Below are positions 7,752 to 17,806 of a stretch of DNA of 48,000 nt, in pieces (the first letter of the stretch is position 1; each line of letters starts with the position of its first letter). The stretch covers positions 1 through 48,000 of the forward strand of contig CAZMIT010000002.1 of assembly GCA_964566495.1 (NCBI GenBank). Direction: 5' to 3'. Below the pieces are notes generated by a model, which was not told where the DNA came from, did not search any database, and was given only the letters and a program-made list of their open reading frames with translations. The DNA comes from an uncultured bacterium (GTDB taxonomy: Bacteria > T1Sed10-126). A program made the translations under genes and the position numbers.

Positions 7752-8871
7752 AAAGTCACCATTTAGAGTACGTGAGACGTTGGCCAGTTTACAGGCTTAT
7801 GAACCGGGAAAACCGATGGAGGAGATTCAGGCCAAGTATGATCTTGACGAGCTACCGGTAAAGCTAGCCTCAAACGAAAACCCCTATTCGCCTCCGGATG
7901 AGCTGAAAAGTAGCTATGACCGGGAATTTCAGAGATTAAATCGTTATCCGGACGGCGGTTGTTTTTATCTGCGAGAAGCGTTGGCTGAAAAATACGACTG
8001 GCCGGCGGAAGGAATAGTGGTTGGAGCGGGTAGTGATGAAATACTAGATTGTCTGGCCAAGGCGACACTGGAACCGGGGCTGGAGGTAGTCTGCGGTGAC
8101 CCCTCGTTTGTGATCTACCAGATGGACGCCCTGATGATGGGAGCAGAGCCTAAACCGGTTCCGGTGGATGCTAATTTCAATCTTGATCTTGAGGCGATGC
8201 TGGAACAGGTGGGTCCGCAGACCCGCTGGGTCTGTATCCCAAATCCAAACAACCCCACATCTCGCTATCTTTCGCAAGCTGATTTTTGGGAATTTTACGA
8301 GCGTTTGCCGGCGCACTGTCTGCTGCTTATTGACGAGGCCTATTTTGAGCTAATGACACAGTCGGACTATCCCGACGGCTTGAACTTCCTGAAGCAGCGG
8401 CAAGATGGCCAGGCCGGAGTGGTTGTCTTGCGTACTTTTTCTAAAGCTTATGCTCTGCCCGGGCTGCGAGTTGGCTATGGGCTGATGGATCCGGAGCTGG
8501 CAGCGGAGCTGCACAAGGTACGACCGCCCTTTAACGTGAATCGTCCCGGTCAGGCATTGGCCCGGGCGGCCCTGGAAGAGACTGAATTTCTGGCTACCTC
8601 CCGAGAAAAAATTATTACTGAGCGTCAGCGGTTGTTGGAAGAATTCGACCGCCGGCGAATAAATTATGTGCCGCCGTCGGCCAATTTTATCCTGGTGGAA
8701 GCACCCGGCGATTTCAAGGGAGATCAGTTGTTTGAAGCTTTGCTTCCCGAGGGGGTCATAGTTCGCTCTATGGCTCCTTATGGACTTGATAATCACTTTA
8801 GGTTGACGGTTGGTCGCCAGGAAGAAAACGATCAATTTTTAGCAGCTTTGGATCAGGTTTGTGGGTTCTGA
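7741..8871 (+). CDS. hisC: histidinol-phosphate / aromatic aminotransferase (class II)
   Basis: ORF 7711-8871. ATG 7741 overlaps the pheA stop and is the more likely start. Motifs: ASNENPYSPP, and the PLP-lysine context LRTFSKAYALPGLRVGY. Confidence 0.85.
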   Translation: MTDKKSPFRVRETLASLQAYEPGKPMEEIQAKYDLDELPVKLASNENPYSPPDELKSSYDREFQRLNRYPDGGCFYLREALAEKYDWPAEGIVVGAGSDEILDCLAKATLEPGLEVVCGDPSFVIYQMDALMMGAEPKPVPVDANFNLDLEAMLEQVGPQTRWVCIPNPNNPTSRYLSQADFWEFYERLPAHCLLLIDEAYFELMTQSDYPDGLNFLKQRQDGQAGVVVLRTFSKAYALPGLRVGYGLMDPELAAELHKVRPPFNVNRPGQALARAALEETEFLATSREKIITERQRLLEEFDRRRINYVPPSANFILVEAPGDFKGDQLFEALLPEGVIVRSMAPYGLDNHFRLTVGRQEENDQFLAALDQVCGF

Positions 8872-9952
8872 GTTGAACTTACATATCGTTGGCCTGGGGT
8901 TGATTGGAGGGTCTGTGGCCCGCGGGCTTTCGGACACCGAAATTGTTCTTAGTGGTTGGGACCGGGACAGCAAAAGATTGCAATCGGCTCTAAAAAACGA
9001 GATAATTGAGGAGGCTTATCAGCCGGGAGAGCTGCCAGAAAAAATTGACGGACTGCTGCTGGCGCTTCCCGTGCCTGCGATGCCCCAGGTGCTGGAAGAA
9101 GTTGCCGCCGGCGGCTGTCAGTTAAATTTTGTAACCGATGTTGGCTCGACCAAAGAGTGGATATGCAGCCGCGCCTGTGAAATTTTGCCCGGTTCAGTTG
9201 AGTTTGTGGGCGCTCATCCGATGGCCGGCTCTGAGAAACAGGGGTTGGAAGCATCCGACCCGCTACTTTTTGAAAATGCAATCTGCGTGCTCACACCGAC
9301 TTTAAGTAACGGCGAGTGGTTGAGTGCTGTTCGACAGATATGGGACCAGCTGGGGGCCCATATTATGAACTTGTCTCCCGAACAGCACGATCGTGTTGCG
9401 GCACACATCAGTCACTTGCCGCATGTCGCCGCCGCCGCTCTTATTCACGCGGTTGGTGGTGTGGAAAATTACGAAAGAGATGCTCTACCGCTTGCCGCCG
9501 GGGGGTTTAGAGATACTACCCGTATAGCCTCGAGTGAGCCGGCACTCTGGCGCGATATTTTGGAGACAAACAGGGAAAAGGTTCTCGCGGCGCTGGAAGA
9601 GTTTGAAGAGCGTGTTGATAAGATAAAAAATTCTATCAGGGCGGAGGAGTGGGAGGAGGTCAGCAACTGGCTGGAGCGAGCCCGTGAAATTCGTGCCATC
9701 ATACCCAAAAAGGCCAAGGGGCTGGTGGGCAAGCTGCATGAGTTGAGAATTCAAGCTCCTGACAGCCCCGGTATACTGGCTGAAATTACCGGTATACTTG
9801 GTGAGGAACAGGTAAATATATGTGATATCGAGGTGCTGCGGGTTCGCGAGGGGGAGAAGGGAACAATAAGACTTGCCTTCCGCCGCCAGGTCGAGCAGGA
9901 GAGGGCGCGGGAGTTATTGCAGGAAAGAGCAACAGGAGTGAGGATTATTTAA
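8861..9952 (+). CDS. tyrA: prephenate dehydrogenase with C-terminal ACT domain
   Basis: IVGLGLIGGS Rossmann motif, GAHPMAGSE, SHLPH, C-terminal ACT-like segment. GTG 8861 overlaps the hisC end; TTG 8873 is an alternative start. Confidence 0.85.
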   Translation: MGSELNLHIVGLGLIGGSVARGLSDTEIVLSGWDRDSKRLQSALKNEIIEEAYQPGELPEKIDGLLLALPVPAMPQVLEEVAAGGCQLNFVTDVGSTKEWICSRACEILPGSVEFVGAHPMAGSEKQGLEASDPLLFENAICVLTPTLSNGEWLSAVRQIWDQLGAHIMNLSPEQHDRVAAHISHLPHVAAAALIHAVGGVENYERDALPLAAGGFRDTTRIASSEPALWRDILETNREKVLAALEEFEERVDKIKNSIRAEEWEEVSNWLERAREIRAIIPKKAKGLVGKLHELRIQAPDSPGILAEITGILGEEQVNICDIEVLRVREGEKGTIRLAFRRQVEQERARELLQERATGVRII

Positions 9953-9973
9953 CCAAGATAGGGATGATCTACG

Positions 9974-10654
9974 TTGACAGAAGAACAAGAAGTTATTGCT
10001 ATAGACGGTCCCGCCGGGAGCGGGAAGAGTACGGTTTCAAAAGAGCTGGCCAAAAGAATGGACTGGGATTATATCGACACGGGGGCGATGTATCGCTGTC
10101 TCTGCCTTAAAGCCCTGCAAAACTCAGTTTCAGTTGTGGATGAAGAAAGTCTGGTTGAACTGCTTAATGATACGTCTATGCGGATGAGTTTTGAGGACGA
10201 AGAGTTAAAGGTTTTTATGGACGGAAAAGACGTGAGTCGAGAGATTAGGCGTAACCACGTCAACCAGCAGGTGAGCAAAGTTGCCGCCCTCCCCCGGGTA
10301 AGAGAAAAGCTGGTAGAAAAGCAGCAGGCGCTTGGAGAAGAGGGTGGAGTAATAATGGACGGTCGTGACATAGGGACAGTAGTTTTCCCTCAAGCCCGCT
10401 ATAAGTTTTATCTGGATGCAACGCTTGATATCCGTGCTCAAAGGCGATATAATGAACTACAGGATGCAAGTGAGAATGTCAGCTACGAATCAGTGGTAGA
10501 AGAAATAGAAGAACGAGACGCGACCGACCGGGGTAGGGCGTCAGGGCCTTTGAAACCGGCAGAAGACGCTTGCATCATTGATACGTCTGATTTTACAATA
10601 AATGAAGTTGTTGAAAAAGTAATGGAGAAGATAGAAGAGAAGCGGGATGTCTGA
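9974..10654 (+). CDS. cmk: cytidylate kinase
   Basis: P-loop IAIDGPAGSGKST, DTGAMYR, DGRDIGTVVFP. TTG start. The cmk-plsC-rpsA neighbourhood is common. Confidence 0.9.
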   Translation: MTEEQEVIAIDGPAGSGKSTVSKELAKRMDWDYIDTGAMYRCLCLKALQNSVSVVDEESLVELLNDTSMRMSFEDEELKVFMDGKDVSREIRRNHVNQQVSKVAALPRVREKLVEKQQALGEEGGVIMDGRDIGTVVFPQARYKFYLDATLDIRAQRRYNELQDASENVSYESVVEEIEERDATDRGRASGPLKPAEDACIIDTSDFTINEVVEKVMEKIEEKRDV

Positions 10655-11297
10655 CATACAGATTCCGGTCAGGGCAGAGCGCAGCTGGTATTATCGCTGG
10701 GCCCAGCCCCCGGTTAAAGCGATTTTTAAACTCATTTTCAGGCATGAAACAAGAGGTATTGAAAATCTTCCCGTGCAAGAAGGAGCTGTGATAGCTACTA
10801 ACCATGCCAGTGTTCTCGACCCGCCTTTAGTCGGCGTTGATCTGCCCCGGCCAGTCTATTACATGGCCAAACAATCCCTTCATGACATTCCCATTTTTGG
10901 TTCACTTATCCGAGCTTACCACTCCTTCCCTGTGAAGCGTGGTGGATTTGATCGGAGGGCGATGAGAAGAGCGGTAGAAATCCTGCAGAAAAAGAATTTG
11001 TTACTGATGTTCCCCGAAGGTACACGGACCAGGGACGGAAATGTTCAGGATTTTAAAGCGGGGATTGGCAAAATTGTTCTTGACGCCGGGGTTGGTGTTG
11101 TTCCGGGGTATATTGATGGAACTTTTAAGGCCTGGCCCGCCGGCAAGGTGTTGCCCCGCCCAGGCAAAACAACGGTGACATTTGGCAGCCTGATAAATTT
11201 TGACGACCTGGCCGATGAGGAGCCGGATCGTAAGACTTATAGAAGAGTAGCTGAGCGGATACGCTCTGCAGTAATTGATCTCAAAAGTTGTGAATGA
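10647..11297 (+). CDS. plsC: 1-acyl-sn-glycerol-3-phosphate acyltransferase
   Basis: HX4D motif (NHASVLDP) and FPEGTRT motif. Overlaps the cmk stop. Confidence 0.85.
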   Translation: MSDIQIPVRAERSWYYRWAQPPVKAIFKLIFRHETRGIENLPVQEGAVIATNHASVLDPPLVGVDLPRPVYYMAKQSLHDIPIFGSLIRAYHSFPVKRGGFDRRAMRRAVEILQKKNLLLMFPEGTRTRDGNVQDFKAGIGKIVLDAGVGVVPGYIDGTFKAWPAGKVLPRPGKTTVTFGSLINFDDLADEEPDRKTYRRVAERIRSAVIDLKSCE

Positions 11298-11328
11298 ATT
11301 AATTTTTAACAGGAGGTTTTAAGCGGCA

Positions 11329-13077
11329 ATGGTAGATCCCAAACCCACGATGTTAGACCCAGAAGACGAGGACTTTGATTATGAGCCTCCTTCCGCCGAA
11401 GAAGCCGGCGAAGAGGAAAAGGTTGAGGAAGAAGAACAGGAGATGGCGGAGATTAAGAAAGGAGCTATCTATGGCGCTGAGGTCGTCCAGGTAGAGGACG
11501 ATCATGCACTGGTTGACTTTGGTGGCCCGTCCGATGGGGTTTTACCGTTTGATAAGCTGCACCAGGGAGGCGTTTCTGTTGGCGACACTAAATACGTGAA
11601 AATCATCGAGACGGAATACCGCGAAAATCTTCCGCTTTTAAGTGAAAAAGAGGCCGTCGCCGATCGAACTTGGTCGAAAATAAAAGCGGCTTACGAAAAC
11701 GGCGAGGTTATTGAAGGTGAAATATTTAAGAAAATTAAAGGTGGCTTTTTGGTCCAACTTTTTGGCCACTTGACCGCTTTTATGCCCTATTCTCACCTGA
11801 GTTTGAGTCACAAGAAAAATACTGATAAATATATGGACCGTTCTTTTAAGCTGAAGGTGCTGGAGTATGATCGGGACGAGGAAAATGTCGTGGTCAGCCG
11901 CCGGGAGTACCTGGAGGAAAAGCGGCGGGAGGAACAGCAGGAATTTTTTGAGGATGTATCGATAGGCGATTGGATAGAAGGTCGGGTGAAAAATATTGTT
12001 AATTTCGGTGCCTTTGTTGATCTCGGCCCCGTAGATGGTCTCTTACACAAGAGCGACGTCGCCTGGGGACCGGTGAGAAATGTCGGCGATTACGTTGAGA
12101 TGCAGGAGCAAATTGAGGTTAAAGTGTTGGATATGGACCGGGAGGAGGGCAAGGTTTCGCTTGGCCGGAAACAGAAATATCCTGACCCCTGGGAAACTAT
12201 TGACGAGAAATATTCCGAGGGGGAGGAGACAACCGGTGAGATCGTTGATGTCTGGAGCGACGGCGTATTTATTCGTCTGGAGCGTGACGTCGAGGGGAAG
12301 GTTCCTGAGGACGAGTTGTCCTGGGCAAAAACCTGGGACCATCCGGAGGAACAATTCTCCGAGGGGGACAAGATGGATGTGAAAATTGTCTCAATTGATA
12401 AAAAGCGTCGTCATGTTCTCTTGAGTCACAAACAGACCCAGAAGAATCCCTGGCAGGTTCTGGAAAAGCGCTTCCCAACTGGTACTGTGCTCGCCGCTCC
12501 CGTGGTTGATATAACCCCTAACGACATTAAAGTTCAGTTGCTGGAAAACGTAAAGGGTAGAATTCAGAAGAGCAATATCCAATGGGAAAACCAGGAAGTT
12601 GACCTTTTTGATCAGTTTCAGATAGGACAGCAGGTTAAGTGTAAGGTACTGGCTATGGATTCTGAACGCCAGCGTGTTGAGCTGGGTATTAAACAGATGT
12701 TGCCCAATCCCTGGGTGAAAAAAGCCAGACAGTATCCGGTTGGATCGACTGTTGATGGAAAAGTCACCAGCGTGCTTCAGTTCGGTGCCTTTGTCAAAAT
12801 TGATAAGGACCTGGAGGGGCTTGTGCACGTCAGCGAGATGGCTGATGGCAAGCGAGTTAACCCTTATGAAGAAATTTCTGAGGGTGATAAGGTTAAAGTG
12901 AAAGTTATCGGTATTGACGAGGACGAGCGTAAAATAGATCTGAGTATTAAGGAATACGAGAAGGAAAAGGCCAAGGAACAGATGGAGGAATACATGGAAG
13001 AAGAAGGTGCCGGTGGTGACGGTATTACTTTTGGTGAACTTTTGGGGGACGAATTGCCTAACGCTATGAAAGGCTGA
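11329..13077 (+). CDS. rpsA: 30S ribosomal protein S1 with an acidic N-terminal extension
   Basis: 582 aa with repeated S1 OB-fold units (e.g. GRVKNIVNFGAFVDLGPVDGLLHKSD, GKVTSVLQFGAFVKIDKDLEGLVHVSE). GGAGG RBS. The first ~45 aa are Glu/Asp rich. Confidence 0.9.
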   Translation: MVDPKPTMLDPEDEDFDYEPPSAEEAGEEEKVEEEEQEMAEIKKGAIYGAEVVQVEDDHALVDFGGPSDGVLPFDKLHQGGVSVGDTKYVKIIETEYRENLPLLSEKEAVADRTWSKIKAAYENGEVIEGEIFKKIKGGFLVQLFGHLTAFMPYSHLSLSHKKNTDKYMDRSFKLKVLEYDRDEENVVVSRREYLEEKRREEQQEFFEDVSIGDWIEGRVKNIVNFGAFVDLGPVDGLLHKSDVAWGPVRNVGDYVEMQEQIEVKVLDMDREEGKVSLGRKQKYPDPWETIDEKYSEGEETTGEIVDVWSDGVFIRLERDVEGKVPEDELSWAKTWDHPEEQFSEGDKMDVKIVSIDKKRRHVLLSHKQTQKNPWQVLEKRFPTGTVLAAPVVDITPNDIKVQLLENVKGRIQKSNIQWENQEVDLFDQFQIGQQVKCKVLAMDSERQRVELGIKQMLPNPWVKKARQYPVGSTVDGKVTSVLQFGAFVKIDKDLEGLVHVSEMADGKRVNPYEEISEGDKVKVKVIGIDEDERKIDLSIKEYEKEKAKEQMEEYMEEEGAGGDGITFGELLGDELPNAMKG

Positions 13078-13082
13078 TAGGT

Positions 13083-13874
13083 TTGGCTCAAATTGAGGCC
13101 GGCTGGTCCTCTCGACATGAGGAAAAAATCAAAGAGCTGGAAAGGAAGCTGGGGAGAGAGGTTTGTGGAGTTCTCCGGGCAGACGGGACTCCCTGCTCAC
13201 GCTGGCCAACTCCGGCGGGAGAAGGGCGCTGCAGCAAACACGCCAACCAGGAATCATTTCCCGAACAATCCGATCAAAATATAACGGATGAAAATGAGCG
13301 CCGCCGGGTAAAGGTGGTTGCCCCGCCGGAACAGTCCGCTACAACAAGCTCAAAGCTGACCTCCCTCCAGGATTGGAAATCACTCTTAGCACTGGCCCTG
13401 GTTGCTTTTTTCGTCGGCGCAGTTCTTACCTATACCGGGCTTCGTCTCACTTCCAGCCCTGAAAGCAAAGAAACCACAAGTAATAATACGGTTGAGGCTT
13501 CGAACGAATTTGAAGTGGATGTTGATGACCCCGATTTTTCTCGTCTGCAGGAATTTGCGCGCGGCGGGGTGGCGGCAAGAATTGCTCCTTTCCTGCAGCA
13601 GATAATTGATGAGACTGACAGCCCTGAAGCCCGGGCAGAAGCCCTTTACAGGCTGTTCGTATTTTACGAAAGCCAGGCAGAGTTTGAACTGGCCCTACAG
13701 ACCGCCGAGCGTTTTCTGTCCAATTTTTTCGGTCATCCACGGACTCCTGAAATCCTTTATGGCGCCTGGTTTATCTCTGTAAACCTGGTTGATGACAGTG
13801 CACGGGCGGAAAGATATCGCCGTCGGTTGCTGGCAGATTATCCTGATTCGAGATGGGCGGAACAGTTACCGTGA
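13083..13874 (+). CDS. hypothetical membrane-anchored protein (N-terminal Cys-rich segment, one TM helix, C-terminal TPR/YbgF-like region)
   Basis: 263-aa ORF with a TTG start 5 nt after the rpsA stop. CGVLRADGTPCSRWPTPAGEGRCSKH (C-x9-C-x11-C-x2-H), hydrophobic LLALALVAFFVGAVLTYTGL, C-terminal ...RRRLLADYPDSRWAEQ. No family recognised with certainty. Confidence 0.6.
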   Translation: MAQIEAGWSSRHEEKIKELERKLGREVCGVLRADGTPCSRWPTPAGEGRCSKHANQESFPEQSDQNITDENERRRVKVVAPPEQSATTSSKLTSLQDWKSLLALALVAFFVGAVLTYTGLRLTSSPESKETTSNNTVEASNEFEVDVDDPDFSRLQEFARGGVAARIAPFLQQIIDETDSPEARAEALYRLFVFYESQAEFELALQTAERFLSNFFGHPRTPEILYGAWFISVNLVDDSARAERYRRRLLADYPDSRWAEQLP

Positions 13875-15970
13875 AGTTAGCGATTATCGTGCTGGTCCTG
13901 GTATTTGCGAGTTTTGGTGCTGTCCTGCCTTCGGCGGCGGAGCAGCCTGGCGATTTTTCCGAAGAGGAGATGGAAGCCCTTGAACAGCCCCCGGAGGAGG
14001 AAATACCGGAGGACGAGATGGAATTTATTGAAGACCCCGAGGCGGTTGAAGAACCGGAAGATATAGATCCGGGCGATACTGAGACACAATTTACTTTTGG
14101 TTATCTTGCTTACCATGAGGACGGTAATCTACTGGTTGCCCTTGACCGCCTGGAGCGAGCCTTGGCCGGTGACGCCGGGTATGATGAAGCCCGCTACTGG
14201 TTGGGGAAAACTTATTACGCCCTGGGAAAGAATGAAAAAGCGATAGAAACCTGGGAGGGAGGATTGAACAGAAGTAGAGATAATCGCGACTTGTTTCAAA
14301 AAGCTCTGAATAGCCACCAGCTAAATTACGAACCTCCGCGCCCCGTCCCGGGCGAAGAGTGGCGTCTCGTGAGTCGCATAAGAGGGACAGATCCCGGGAG
14401 AAAGCAGAACTTGAATCCGGTCGCTCTGGCGCCGCGCGAGGCGGGGGGCTTTTTTAGTGCTTCTTATAAATTGGGCAGAATTTTTCTATACTCCGAGGAG
14501 GGAGAGCAGTTAAACCGCTGGCGAGGTTTTCAACGTCCCATCGATCTGACGCCGTTGGAGGGTCGGGGGGTAATAGTTACAGAGTTTGGCGGTGACCGGC
14601 TGACATTGATTGGTCGTGATGGTCAACCGGAAATATTTGCCGATACCAGGCTTGAGGCACCGATGCGAAGTTTCGCTGCCGATGGGTCTATATACGTTTA
14701 TAATGACGGCGGTCGGGAGTTGGTAAGGTTTTCCAGGCGCGGGGATTTTATCGAAACTGTCTGGGAGGCCCCGCCGCTTTTTGACGTCCAGGACGTCGCT
14801 TATAGCCCAGAAGATGAGTTTTGGGTGCTGGATTTGGAAGAGGAGAGAATAGTTATCCTGGACCGGCGTGGTAATGAAACAGAGACTCTCAGCCTCGACC
14901 CGGAGCTCGGGGTGCGGCATTTGTTCTGGCGGGAGGGGAAATTGTTTGCCGCCGGGGGGCCGAGGCTATTTAAATTTGATGACAACATGGAACCGGTTTA
15001 CCTTAGATCCAACAACGAGCTAATGACTGGAAGCGACGTCTCAGATATCTTGTTTTCGGGGGATAGGCTTATTCTTTCTCTATTTGAAAACAGCTTGCTT
15101 CCGATCTACCGCCAACCCAACCCTCCCGAGCCGGACGTTTTATTTCAGGATAGACGGATAAATTTCACGGCTTATCCGGTTGTCCGGATGAACTTTCTAA
15201 TTCGTGATCCACTTTTAAGCAGTCGGTTTAGGCATCTCCAGGATAAGAACTTTGGCATTTCAATCGAAGATCGCAAAGCGCTTCCCAGTCTTTTGCGTTC
15301 GACCCGGGACCAGTACAGTCCAAGCTGGGTGATAATAATAGACGATGCTTTTAGAAGCCAGACCCAGTGGGAGGAAATCCAACAATTTTTACTTGAGGTT
15401 GTTAGCGTTTCACCGGCGGATTCCCGGGGCTCCATCTGGTCGGTGCACAATTTTCCCCGGCCTGCTATACAAGCGCGTACCCGACACCGAACCCTGCTTC
15501 GAAATGAAATAGCTCGACTTCATCCTTACCGGCAATCGGTCAGCGCCGACACTGTTTTTGAAGAAACGCTCCATAGAGCGCTTGATTATGGATTCCGCCG
15601 CCGCGGCTCACTGGGAGTGATTGTTGTTAGCCCGAGACTTAGCGACTACTCCGAAAGTGAAGAAATGCAAAGATTGGCCAACCGGCTTCGCAATAACGCC
15701 GTCCCTCTTGCTCTCATAAATCCAACCGTCGAGTCTCTGCCTGAAGATTTTAGTCTGACAAATGTTGGGAAGGCAAAACATATGAATTTATATGAGCTCT
15801 CTTATAATGATCTTTGGGCCCAATACAATCGAGTTTTACGAAGTCATTACACGGGAATCTTTCGCAGCCCCATAGATGTCATCCGGCCGGGGGCCTGGCG
15901 AAACTATGAATTGTCACTTCATTACATGAATTCAGTAGTCCGATTTTCAAACGGTTATTTATTACCATGA
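13853..15970 (+). CDS. hypothetical secreted multidomain protein (signal peptide, acidic linker, TPR, beta-propeller-like repeats, degenerate vWA-like C-terminus)
   Basis: 705-aa ORF. In-frame GTG 13871 (GTGA overlap with the upstream stop) is an alternative start. Signal-like KLAIIVLVLVFASFGAVLPSAAE; TPR-like YWLGKTYYALGKNEKAIETWE; C-terminal SWVIIIDDAFRS ... GVIVVSPRLSD resembles a vWA fold without an intact DxSxS MIDAS motif. Confidence 0.7.
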   Translation: MGGTVTVKLAIIVLVLVFASFGAVLPSAAEQPGDFSEEEMEALEQPPEEEIPEDEMEFIEDPEAVEEPEDIDPGDTETQFTFGYLAYHEDGNLLVALDRLERALAGDAGYDEARYWLGKTYYALGKNEKAIETWEGGLNRSRDNRDLFQKALNSHQLNYEPPRPVPGEEWRLVSRIRGTDPGRKQNLNPVALAPREAGGFFSASYKLGRIFLYSEEGEQLNRWRGFQRPIDLTPLEGRGVIVTEFGGDRLTLIGRDGQPEIFADTRLEAPMRSFAADGSIYVYNDGGRELVRFSRRGDFIETVWEAPPLFDVQDVAYSPEDEFWVLDLEEERIVILDRRGNETETLSLDPELGVRHLFWREGKLFAAGGPRLFKFDDNMEPVYLRSNNELMTGSDVSDILFSGDRLILSLFENSLLPIYRQPNPPEPDVLFQDRRINFTAYPVVRMNFLIRDPLLSSRFRHLQDKNFGISIEDRKALPSLLRSTRDQYSPSWVIIIDDAFRSQTQWEEIQQFLLEVVSVSPADSRGSIWSVHNFPRPAIQARTRHRTLLRNEIARLHPYRQSVSADTVFEETLHRALDYGFRRRGSLGVIVVSPRLSDYSESEEMQRLANRLRNNAVPLALINPTVESLPEDFSLTNVGKAKHMNLYELSYNDLWAQYNRVLRSHYTGIFRSPIDVIRPGAWRNYELSLHYMNSVVRFSNGYLLP

Positions 15971-16638
15971 CCGACAACTATAATTCCCCTGATTCACTGC
16001 AGCAGAAGCGTGAGGAGATGGTCCGTTATCATCTGGAACGGCGGGGTATAAATGACCCCCGTGTTTTAGAAGCTTTTCGCAGCGTTCCCCGGGAAATCTT
16101 TGTGCCGGAGGCGCGTCGTGACCAGGCCTACAATGACTGTGCTCTGCCAATTGGAGAGGGACAGACGATCTCGCAGCCCTATATTGTTGCTCTGATGACC
16201 CAGCAACTTGAGGTAGAGCCGGAGAAAAAAATCTTAGAAATTGGAACCGGTTCCGGCTATCAGACCGCTATTTTAGCTGAGATTGGTGGGCAGGTCTATA
16301 CCGTTGAAGTTAGTGAGTCATTATCAGACCGTGCCCGCTCCCGGCTTGAAAAATTAGGGCTTGCCGACCGGGTAGAATTTAAGTTGGGCGACGGCACCCG
16401 GGGCTGGGAGGAAAAAGCACCCTTCGACCGAATTATTGTCACAGCGGCTGCCCCAGAAATTCCTATGCCCCTGGAAGAACAACTGGCGCCGGGAGGGCGA
16501 ATGGTTATCCCGGTCGGTGGGAGGCGTTCTCAAACGATGACCGTTGTAATTAAAAAAGGACCCGGAAATTTCGAGCGCCGGCAGAACATATCCTGTGTAT
16601 TTGTGCCGCTGGTGGGGGCATTTGGCTGGAATGATTGA
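15967..16638 (+). CDS. pcm: protein-L-isoaspartate O-methyltransferase
   Basis: GEGQTISQPYIVALM and SAM-binding LEIGTGSGYQTA motifs. ATGA overlap with the upstream gene. Confidence 0.9.
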   Translation: MTDNYNSPDSLQQKREEMVRYHLERRGINDPRVLEAFRSVPREIFVPEARRDQAYNDCALPIGEGQTISQPYIVALMTQQLEVEPEKKILEIGTGSGYQTAILAEIGGQVYTVEVSESLSDRARSRLEKLGLADRVEFKLGDGTRGWEEKAPFDRIIVTAAAPEIPMPLEEQLAPGGRMVIPVGGRRSQTMTVVIKKGPGNFERRQNISCVFVPLVGAFGWND

Positions 16639-16672
16639 GGGGATTGAGAAGTTTTCGGAACGTCGGCGCACT

Positions 16673-17806
16673 ATGGTTGATTGGTTTTTTCTCTATTTAA
16701 AGGGTGTATGCATGGGAGTAGCCGACGTAATTCCTGGTGTAAGTGGCGGGACAATGGCGCTTGTGCTGGGCATTTATCGGGAACTGGTTGAAGCCCTGGG
16801 CTCACTTGATCTGGCCTGGTTAGTTCGCTGTGGACGTTCCCTGAGCGAGGGACTAAGTAATTTTATCTCAGTAGTGATAGCCGAATGCAAGAGGCTAAAA
16901 CTACTTTTTTTCCTGGTGCTGGGCGGCGGGATATTTACGGCGCTGAGTTTGGGAGGGGCTCTGATCCCGCCAGTTCTTGAAAGTTACCCGGCCTTTGTTA
17001 GAGCGATTTTTTTCGGACTAATACTGGGTAGTGTTCACGTACCGGCCCGCGCTATTCAAACCCGGGCGCCGCGGCGTTTAATTCCTGCCCTTATCCTGCT
17101 GCTGGGCTTGTTTATGGTCGGTTTACTAATAACCGGTAACGGCGACCGCGCCACCACCGGTTCGCGCACCTGGGTCGAGGTGGAATCGAGCGGTCAATCG
17201 CTGCAGCAGTTGTTGTTTGAACAATATTCAGCCGGCGCTGTTTCTGAAGTCCTGGCCCGCGAAGAAAATCAGCGTCTATTTTCTAACGCTGATGATTCTG
17301 CCGCCGAAATGCATGTGCCAGTCGGGGCTGAGGTTTTAATCCCCCGGCCGTCCTACTGGTTTGTTTTCATCTCCGGTGCCCTGGCTGTATCCGCAATGAT
17401 TTTGCCGGGCATAAGTGGCGCCTATATCCTTTTGATTCTGGGCAGCTATACATTTGTGCTCAACCTGCTTCATCTATTTAACAGCCGGTTGGCCGGCGGT
17501 CGACTGCCCGGTGGAGAAATATTTTACCTGTTTACTTTTGCCTCCGGAATGCTGATCGGAATCGTAACAATCTCACGCCTTTTAAAGTATTTACTCAACA
17601 ACTATAACGATTACACAATGGCCGGATTAATTGGCTTTATGCTCGGTTGTTTGCGTGGTATATGGCCCTGGAGGTGGTTGGCTGACGGGGCCACTTTCTT
17701 GGCCAACTTCAGTCTATTGGGTGTGATAATGACTGCCGTGATTTTTGTCTGGGGGCTGGACTACTTTACTGATGGCGAGACAACCCCGGCTCGTCCGGGC
17801 CGATGA
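16673..17806 (+). CDS. DUF368 family polytopic membrane protein (family linked in the literature to undecaprenyl-phosphate recycling)
   Basis: ORF 16595-17806. The first 26 codons overlap pcm, so ATG 16673 (or 16631) is more plausible. Duplicated signature IPGVSGGTMALVLGIY and LPGISGAYILLILGSY; many hydrophobic helices. Confidence 0.8.
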   Translation: MVDWFFLYLKGVCMGVADVIPGVSGGTMALVLGIYRELVEALGSLDLAWLVRCGRSLSEGLSNFISVVIAECKRLKLLFFLVLGGGIFTALSLGGALIPPVLESYPAFVRAIFFGLILGSVHVPARAIQTRAPRRLIPALILLLGLFMVGLLITGNGDRATTGSRTWVEVESSGQSLQQLLFEQYSAGAVSEVLAREENQRLFSNADDSAAEMHVPVGAEVLIPRPSYWFVFISGALAVSAMILPGISGAYILLILGSYTFVLNLLHLFNSRLAGGRLPGGEIFYLFTFASGMLIGIVTISRLLKYLLNNYNDYTMAGLIGFMLGCLRGIWPWRWLADGATFLANFSLLGVIMTAVIFVWGLDYFTDGETTPARPGR

